From an uncultured Gammaproteobacteria bacterium (GTDB lineage Bacteria > Patescibacteriota > Microgenomatia > Daviesbacterales > UBA10151): a stretch of DNA of 11,948 nucleotides. The position numbers were made by a program, and so were the translations under genes. Shown here in pieces: positions 7,683 to 11,948 of the stretch. How positions within the stretch are numbered: the stretch's first letter is position 1; each line of letters starts with the position of its first letter. Where the stretch lies: positions 1 through 11,948 of the forward strand of contig CAZFVS010000027.1 of assembly GCA_964522265.1 (NCBI GenBank), read 5' to 3'. The notes beneath the pieces are model-generated. The model did not search any database. It was given only the letters and a program-made list of their open reading frames with translations, and was not told the origin of the DNA.

Positions 7683-8216
7683 ATGGAGTACGTAATTATT
7701 CTTTTAGTTGTTTTACTGATCAGCCCTTTTGTTTTGCGCTTGGCTTCGAAACAAGACAAGAAAACCAAACTCAAGACCAAAACTATTTTTTTATCAATCC
7801 TGATAATGCAGCTTGTTTTAGGCTTTTTTAACTGGGAAAATTTTACAGGATTTGGCAGGAACGGTTTTGAACTTTCACTCTCGTACCCGACTTCTTTACT
7901 GGGATTATTTTTTATAGTGGTTTTAGTCCAAATTACTCTTTTGCAAATTAGCAAATCTTTTAGTACACTGGTTGTAGTGTTAAATTTTGCCGGCAGTATC
8001 TTAATTTTTGCAAGCATGATCAGGTTGAGTAATATTTTGGGGTTCCAAGCAGTAAGTTTTGCCAGTGTGCTGGCTGTTTTTGCTGTACTTTTTGGCAATG
8101 TCGCTGGTTTAGTTTGGATTAACAAAGACAAAAATTTATTAAACAAATACATTATGTCATTCCCGCCCGCTTCGACAAGTCGAAGACGAGGCGAGCGAAA
8201 GCGGGCATCCAATTAA
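7683..8216 (+). CDS. polytopic (about 5 TM) membrane protein, unknown family; C-terminal 20 aa encoded by a palindromic repeat
   Basis: I prefer ATG 7683, 4 nt after the upstream stop, over the TTG at 7656 that overlaps the previous gene. There are five hydrophobic segments. The tail MSFPPASTSRRRGERKRASN is encoded by the GC-rich element at 8155-8210. Confidence 0.7.
   Translation: MEYVIILLVVLLISPFVLRLASKQDKKTKLKTKTIFLSILIMQLVLGFFNWENFTGFGRNGFELSLSYPTSLLGLFFIVVLVQITLLQISKSFSTLVVVLNFAGSILIFASMIRLSNILGFQAVSFASVLAVFAVLFGNVAGLVWINKDKNLLNKYIMSFPPASTSRRRGERKRASN
8155..8210 (-). repeat. GC-rich nested palindromic element (REP/RPE-like), minus orientation
   Basis: The reverse complement reads GGATGCCCGC...GCGGGAATGACA. 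Outer stem: gcccgc (8165-8170) with gcgggc (8201-8206). Inner perfect hairpin: cttcgac-aa-gtcgaag (8170-8185). Its GC content stands out against the AT-rich background. Confidence 0.6.
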
Positions 8217-8228
8217 AAAATTATGTAT

Positions 8229-8255
8229 GGATCCCCGATTAAATCGGGGATGACA
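8229..8255 (+). repeat. short palindromic element of the same family, plus orientation
   Basis: Sequence ggatccccgattaaatcggggatgaca. It has a perfect 9-bp stem, atccccgat (8231-8239) with atcggggat (8243-8251). It shares the GGAT.CCCG / CGGG.ATGACA termini with the 8155-8210 element and faces it head-to-head across an 18-bp AT spacer. Confidence 0.6.
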
Positions 8256-8272
8256 GAGGAAAAATTACAGAT

Positions 8273-8995
8273 ATGAAATATTTAATTATTATAATTGCTT
8301 TAGCCCTGATAGGATTTTTTGCTTTTCCAAAAATAGCTCCGTGGCTTATTGAACAACCTGTTGTCCAAGATAAACTGGAGGAGATTGCCTCTACCAAAAT
8401 TTCCAAAGAACTGGCTTTGGAAAATGTTAAGAAAAGGGCTGAGGTGCAGCAGTTTCTGAAAGATGTTCCGGGCGGGATTGTTGAGGTGGATAATGAATCT
8501 GAAGGGCAGTACAATGTCCATGTTTATGAGATAAAAAATGGGCATACCGCCACTTTTAACTGGTACCGGGTAAGCATAAAAAGCGGCGAGATCACCCCTC
8601 AATTTGAAATTACACCCGAGCAGGAATCTGAAGCTCCCAAAGGCACTGTTACCGGCAAACTTTGCTATCCATCTGAATTCTTACCGAAAGGACTTATTGA
8701 AGCTAAAAGGGTGTCTGACAGCAGTATATTTGTTCAAGATTATCCAGGAAGTATGAATGGCGGCAAATCAACTTATGAATTTGAACTGGAAGAAGGTGAT
8801 TACTATTTAAGGTACACAATTTCCAAACAATTTATCGGTTACTCAACTACGGTTTGCCCAACAGGGATGGAGGAAAGTTGCGGTGACACAAAGCAAAGAG
8901 TACTTAGAAAAGCATCTGTCAAGGTTGGTCAAACAGTTTCAGGCTATAACCTGTGTGATTTCTATTACACAGATGCAAATGCGCCTAAATTTTGA
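8273..8995 (+). CDS. signal-anchored two-domain protein: PepSY-like N-domain plus 4-Cys beta-rich C-domain
   Basis: 240 aa with N-terminus MKYLIIIIALALIGFFAF. The segment ISKELALENVKKRAEVQQFLKDVPGGIVEVDNESEGQYNVHVYEIKNGHTATFNWYRVSIKSGEI follows the PepSY-type pattern. The C-domain, GTVTGKLCYPSEFLP...YYLRY...VCPTGMEESCGDTK...VKVGQTVSGYNLCDFYY, has four Cys. The domain names are low confidence. Confidence 0.8.
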   Translation: MKYLIIIIALALIGFFAFPKIAPWLIEQPVVQDKLEEIASTKISKELALENVKKRAEVQQFLKDVPGGIVEVDNESEGQYNVHVYEIKNGHTATFNWYRVSIKSGEITPQFEITPEQESEAPKGTVTGKLCYPSEFLPKGLIEAKRVSDSSIFVQDYPGSMNGGKSTYEFELEEGDYYLRYTISKQFIGYSTTVCPTGMEESCGDTKQRVLRKASVKVGQTVSGYNLCDFYYTDANAPKF

Positions 8996-9001
8996 CAAAT
9001 T

Positions 9002-9670
9002 ATGTTTAGACTGCCCAAAAAACAAGCCGGTGCCCTAAATTTATTTTTAACACTTATTATCCTTTTTGGCTTTGCAATAGGTTCATGGATATTTTTTAGA
9101 AAACCAAACTTCTTTTTCCAGTACCAAAAACCCCAGCCTACTCAAACCGCTAACCAATCCCCTGCTCAATCCAAACCTGTTGCTGATAAAACTGTTGATA
9201 AAAAAGACCCTAAATGGTTAGAGAAATATTGTAAGGAAGAATTGGTTAAAATTCCGGACGCCCCATTTAAATATAAAGAGAAGGAGGATATTGTTGGTAC
9301 TTTGGGTGACCCACTTATCTTGGGTAAGTTCCCCAAGGATAAAAAGTATCAAGGAAAATCCTGTGTAATAGATTATAACTATGAAGATGAAGAGGCCTAC
9401 GCTTCCGTTGGGGTGGCATATAAATTTGACATCAGGTTCAGAAACCAGTTTGAAGAAGCAGTTGATAAACTTATTACTTCAAAAATGGATTCTTCCTGGA
9501 AAAAGATTTCTCCCGTTAGCAATAAGGAAGGCGGAAGGCCTTTTTATAGTTATAAAGGATTCCCCTTAATTTTTACCAGGGAAAATTCTGCAACAGGAAC
9601 TGTAGATTATGTTGATTTTAACTGGGGAGCCAAATCCTTATTTGTTACCTTCTCAACCTATGAGAAGTAG
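9002..9670 (+). CDS. membrane-anchored hypothetical protein, 2-Cys ectodomain (family B), paralog of 3260..3913
   Basis: 222 aa. It starts MFRLPKKQAGALNLFLTLIILFGFAIGSWIFF, followed by a Q/P/T/K-rich linker. The domain has the two conserved Cys (KYCKEE, KSCVIDY) and the KFPKDKK motif shared with the 3260 product. Confidence 0.8.
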   Translation: MFRLPKKQAGALNLFLTLIILFGFAIGSWIFFRKPNFFFQYQKPQPTQTANQSPAQSKPVADKTVDKKDPKWLEKYCKEELVKIPDAPFKYKEKEDIVGTLGDPLILGKFPKDKKYQGKSCVIDYNYEDEEAYASVGVAYKFDIRFRNQFEEAVDKLITSKMDSSWKKISPVSNKEGGRPFYSYKGFPLIFTRENSATGTVDYVDFNWGAKSLFVTFSTYEK

Positions 9671-9716
9671 AAGTATTATAGTAAATAGTTCACCTTCCAT
9701 TTGACCTATTTTTACC

Positions 9717-9735
9717 TTACACACCTGGTGTGTAA
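9717..9735. terminator. 19-nt perfect palindrome; weak candidate terminator of 9002..9670 or a protein-binding site
   Basis: ttacacacc-t-ggtgtgtaa lies 47 nt after the TAG stop at 9670. As RNA it would form a 7-bp stem with a 5-nt loop. It is followed only by tctt and has no strong U-tract. Confidence 0.2.
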
Positions 9736-9830
9736 TCTTAAAATATTAAACCAAAAAGTCTCAACCCATCCGACACCCTTAAGTTTTAAGAGTTATAAAA
9801 AAGAGTGTGTGAACCTAAATCACCCGGAGG

Positions 9831-9844
9831 GTGGAAAATTCCAC
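9831..9844. promoter_or_regulatory. operator-like inverted repeat GTGGAA-AA-TTCCAC upstream of the 9890 gene
   Basis: Perfect 6+6 palindrome whose centre lies about 40 bp upstream of the TATAAT at 9876-9881. It overlaps a small caccc-gga-gggtg hairpin at 9821-9833. Confidence 0.3.
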
Positions 9845-9852
9845 AACCTGAA

Positions 9853-9881
9853 TAGCTTTAAGCAGTCATCTATAGTATAAT
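9853..9881 (+). promoter_or_regulatory. candidate promoter of 9890..11035 (consensus -10, weak -35)
   Basis: TATAAT at 9876-9881 with TAGCTT 17 nt upstream (9853-9858). Only 8 nt separate the -10 box from ATG 9890, and there is no Shine-Dalgarno sequence. This implies a leaderless or near-leaderless mRNA. Confidence 0.4.
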
Positions 9882-9889
9882 ATGCGGTT

Positions 9890-11035
9890 ATGGGAACTGG
9901 ATGCGAACAAAAACAGGAAAGCCTCGTACCTATTGATTCTCAAACTGAATTAGTGAGAACAAATACAGTGGTAATTTATACTACTGTAGACCTTGATGCG
10001 TTAGCTAGAGGAAAGGTTTGTAACAGTGGAATAGAAGACCCTATCAATAGACCTCTAAAAGGCTACATTCAGAGAGGTTTAACTTTAGCATTATTAGGCA
10101 ACAAAACTCTTGGAAATGACCAAGATATTTGGGAGTATCGTAAACATGATGCAGACCGCCTCACTGACTTCATGTTTAATGAATGGGGCATTGGCTTCCT
10201 CCCAATCTATACTGGCATAGGCGAACAAAGAGATTTACGCAAACTTTTTCCTGTAATTTTGGATATGGCATCACCATATCTTATTCCTACAGATGACCAC
10301 ATATCTTATCAAAAAGCTACACAGACAGTTTTACAACAGCAAGGAATTGATACTGGCTCATTAAAATATCCTCAAAACCTTCATTCAAAAGTAGATGCAA
10401 CAGAACAGTTTGAAGGAAAACAAGCCGAATTAAAGGCACTTGAAGAAGAAAAACATAAATTAAATATGGAATGTCTGCATATTGAGCTTGGTATGGATAA
10501 AGAAACTCCTGCTTCTCGTATAGCTGAAAATGATAGAAGAATTGCGGAGTTGTATAAGTTAATAGGTGTACGGCAACCTCTTGTAAAAGGATTGAGAAAA
10601 CCACATCAGATGTGGGCTAGATTCCAAAGCTATTTTGAACCTAGAACCTTGATATTAGAAGCAAAAATAGACTTGGACGCAAAAACAGGTGATTTTAATT
10701 TCATTGGAGGGGCAAATCCAGAGTTTATTGAAGAAATGGGTATAAATGTTGAAGATATTCCTACATTCAACAGAAGGATAGCAGAAATTGCAAAACAGTT
10801 TAAAGAAACTTCTCCATACTCAGACGAACAGATTGATGCAGTACAAGTTAGATATCCTTATATTCAAAGAGTTGATTTATCAGAAATACTCAATACTATT
10901 AAGAGGCTGCGAACTGCAAAAGTATCAGATTTGGATATATTCCGCTCACTTGCCTTAAAGTTTCATACCACCGAACAATCAATGAAGTTTATAAATAATA
11001 TCTATGATAAATATTCTAAACATTTTGAGATTTAG
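9890..11035 (+). CDS. hypothetical soluble protein with central coiled-coil, no family recognised
   Basis: 381-aa ORF with an ATG start and no TM segments. The central heptad-like region is FEGKQAELKALEEEKHKLNMECLHIELG...RIAENDRRIAELYKLIG. I see no P-loop, HEPN, TIR or PD-(D/E)xK motif. Confidence 0.75.
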   Translation: MGTGCEQKQESLVPIDSQTELVRTNTVVIYTTVDLDALARGKVCNSGIEDPINRPLKGYIQRGLTLALLGNKTLGNDQDIWEYRKHDADRLTDFMFNEWGIGFLPIYTGIGEQRDLRKLFPVILDMASPYLIPTDDHISYQKATQTVLQQQGIDTGSLKYPQNLHSKVDATEQFEGKQAELKALEEEKHKLNMECLHIELGMDKETPASRIAENDRRIAELYKLIGVRQPLVKGLRKPHQMWARFQSYFEPRTLILEAKIDLDAKTGDFNFIGGANPEFIEEMGINVEDIPTFNRRIAEIAKQFKETSPYSDEQIDAVQVRYPYIQRVDLSEILNTIKRLRTAKVSDLDIFRSLALKFHTTEQSMKFINNIYDKYSKHFEI

Positions 11036-11036
11036 C

Positions 11037-11065
11037 TTGTCTTAGCAGCTGTAATGTTCTATAAT
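11037..11065 (+). promoter_or_regulatory. candidate sigma70-type promoter of 11077..11622
   Basis: TTGTCT (11037-11042), 17-nt spacer, TATAAT (11060-11065). ATG 11077 lies 11 nt downstream of the -10 box with no Shine-Dalgarno sequence. The upstream TAGCTT...AGCAG string is shared with the 9853-9881 promoter. Confidence 0.45.
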
Positions 11066-11076
11066 TCGCACCAAGA

Positions 11077-11622
11077 ATGGATACCACAGCAGATAAGATC
11101 TATGTGACCCATTTAAACATCCGGCCAAGTATTTTCCTGGTTCTGTTTCAACTTCTTTTTGTCAATATTTTAGCGTCTTTTTCAATCATCGCAGGATATT
11201 TATTAATCTTAAATTACGAGCCAACAATCAGTTTATTTTTAAAATCATTTGCAGGTTTAATTGTTTTGGCTGCTGTTTCAATGTTTCAGTTTTATCTCGG
11301 AATCTATGCCATTCTTCAGTGGATCAACGAATATTACGAACTAACACCAAAGGAATTGGTTCATAAAAAAGGGGTTATTTGGAGGAAAGTAGAAAAATAT
11401 TCTATGGAACATATTAAATATGTAAAGGTAAACCAGGACATTTTAGGAAGATTGTTTAATTACGGCAGTCTCTCCTTTTACGATTCCCGGCGGACAAAAT
11501 ATCTGGACCTGTATTTTATCCACAGTCCCATGAGGTATTTGGAGATCTTTGAAAATATCAATTCTGATTTAGATGAGTTGGAAGATGTGATTCGAGGAAG
11601 TGAAGGATTAAACTATTCTTAA
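11077..11622 (+). CDS. membrane protein with bacterial PH domain (bPH_2 / YdbS-YdbT-like, DUF304)
   Basis: 181 aa. Two N-terminal TM helices are followed by WINEYYELTPKELVHKKGVIWRKVEKYSMEHIKYVKVNQDILGRLFNYGSLSFYD...LDLYFIHSPMRYLEIFE. This matches the bPH_2 pattern W..Y.lt...l....G.......i....I..v.v.q....r.f..G.l. Confidence 0.75.
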   Translation: MDTTADKIYVTHLNIRPSIFLVLFQLLFVNILASFSIIAGYLLILNYEPTISLFLKSFAGLIVLAAVSMFQFYLGIYAILQWINEYYELTPKELVHKKGVIWRKVEKYSMEHIKYVKVNQDILGRLFNYGSLSFYDSRRTKYLDLYFIHSPMRYLEIFENINSDLDELEDVIRGSEGLNYS

Positions 11623-11738
11623 TAGGCAAGGGTGCAAAACCCATAAACTACTAAGGGTTCGGGGTATACCCAAAGAGGTATAAGGCTGAAAGCTTCAGAG
11701 TCGATAACCGTCGGGTGGAATTACATAGTGACAATATG

Positions 11739-11754
11739 GTGTACGATCGTTCAC
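11739..11754. promoter_or_regulatory. 16-nt near-perfect palindrome gtgtacgatcgttcac (one mismatch), possible protein-binding site
   Basis: 7 of 8 positions pair around a CGATCG core. It lies in the non-coding stretch after the bPH gene. Confidence 0.2.
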
Positions 11755-11817
11755 TTTAGCAACAAACTATATCAACTTTTGAAAGAAAATTACCAACCTT
11801 TTAAAGGAATTCCGCGC

Positions 11818-11948
11818 TTACCGCAACAACAGGTACAAAATGATAGGAAGGGTGAAGATATAATAAATAAAACCTATTTTTAAAAGTGTTACTATTTGCT
11901 GCTTAATATCATAACCCCAACCGGACTTGAGCTGGCGGAATTTTACAT
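11818..11948 (-). CDS. possible 3' end of a minus-strand gene running off the window (C-terminal TM helix)
   Basis: The frame is open for 42 codons from the window edge to TAA (11820-11818): VKFRQLKSGWGYDIKQQIVTLLKIGFIYYIFTLPIILYLLLR*. It is too short for the ORF track. An open frame this long is only mildly unlikely by chance in AT-rich DNA. Confidence 0.25.
   Translation of the reverse strand, partial: VKFRQLKSGWGYDIKQQIVTLLKIGFIYYIFTLPIILYLLLR

Noticed and set aside
7616-8212. Minus-strand 198-aa ORF starting MDARFRSPRLRLVEAGGND
   Set aside because: Its N-terminus is simply the palindromic repeat read backwards. The rest is antisense to the 5-TM gene and is K/T-rich low complexity. This is a classic repeat-seeded false ORF.
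8239-8602. Minus-strand ORFs 8239..8514 and 8300..8602
   Set aside because: They overlap each other and lie antisense to the 8273..8995 gene, with no supporting features.
8993-9004. ORFs 8273..8995 and 9002..9670 are in the same frame, separated only by TGA-CAA-ATT, which could mean UGA recoding (code 4/25) or readthrough fusion
   Set aside because: The downstream ORF begins with its own complete basic-tail/TM anchor, like its paralog. All long ORFs in the window are free of in-frame TGA, which would not be expected in an AT-rich genome that reassigns UGA. The standard code explains everything.
9381-9569. Plus-strand 62-aa ORF nested in 9002..9670
   Set aside because: It is an alternative frame inside a gene whose own frame is supported by paralogy to 3260..3913.
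10317-10604. Minus-strand 95-aa ORF
   Set aside because: It is antisense within the 381-aa ORF and has the Leu/Gln/Tyr-rich composition of a shadow frame.
9829-11723. GGGTGGAA direct repeat (9829-9836 and 11713-11720), plus further GGAATT-containing strings, as att-like boundaries of the two-gene cassette
   Set aside because: An 8-mer repeat is expected many times by chance in a 12-kb window. There is no integrase or tRNA, and no longer flanking identity.
11759-11782. tmRNA-like tag reading frame GCA ACA AAC TAT ATC AAC TTT TGA (ATNYINF*)
   Set aside because: There is no tRNA-like acceptor/T-arm (no GGTTCGA..CC, no CCA-proximal pairing) and no 5' GGGG acceptor strand nearby. The tag ending is atypical.
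11623-11948. RNase P RNA on the minus strand
   Set aside because: Three conserved-looking strings occur in the right order, but the P4 3' strand complement is missing (GAACCCTTAG instead of a CCGGCTT-like sequence). The spacing is off, and a GGGTGAA-like string is on the wrong strand. I keep this only as an open question in the findings.

Overview
AT-rich bacterial window with short intergenic gaps, read with the standard genetic code. I find 12 complete CDS and one doubtful partial CDS at the right edge. I see no rRNA, tRNA, CRISPR array, transposase or integrase. The left end holds three ordinary genes: a hypothetical protein with a RelE-like core, an M16 zinc peptidase (HFFEH motif) and an MFS transporter. 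The centre (3260-9670) is the most unusual part. It is a divergently arranged eight-gene island in which every product looks like a membrane-tethered extracytoplasmic protein. It contains four copies of a PsbP/DcrB-like domain in three genes and two copies of a 2-Cys domain placed at the two ends in opposite orientation. It also contains a type IV pilin-like globular domain that lacks the prepilin leader, a 5-TM protein and a PepSY-like/4-Cys protein. Five of these proteins share an N-terminal basic-x-(A/R)-G-hydrophobic motif that resembles a class III (prepilin-type) cleavage site without Glu+5. GC-rich palindromic elements (GGAT.CCCG...CGGG.ATGACA type) sit at 8155-8255 and supply the C-terminal tail of the 5-TM protein. 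A related 27-nt hairpin is inserted in frame into the N-terminus of the 6230 gene. The right end holds an orphan two-gene module: a 381-aa coiled-coil protein of unknown family and a bPH (YdbS/YdbT-like) membrane protein. Each gene has a TATAAT box a few nt before its ATG, and the module is flanked by 219-nt and roughly 200-326-nt palindrome-rich non-coding stretches. Most starts lack a Shine-Dalgarno sequence. From memory these traits fit a Patescibacteria/CPR-like genome, but I cannot verify that here. All family assignments come from motif recognition by eye, not from searches.
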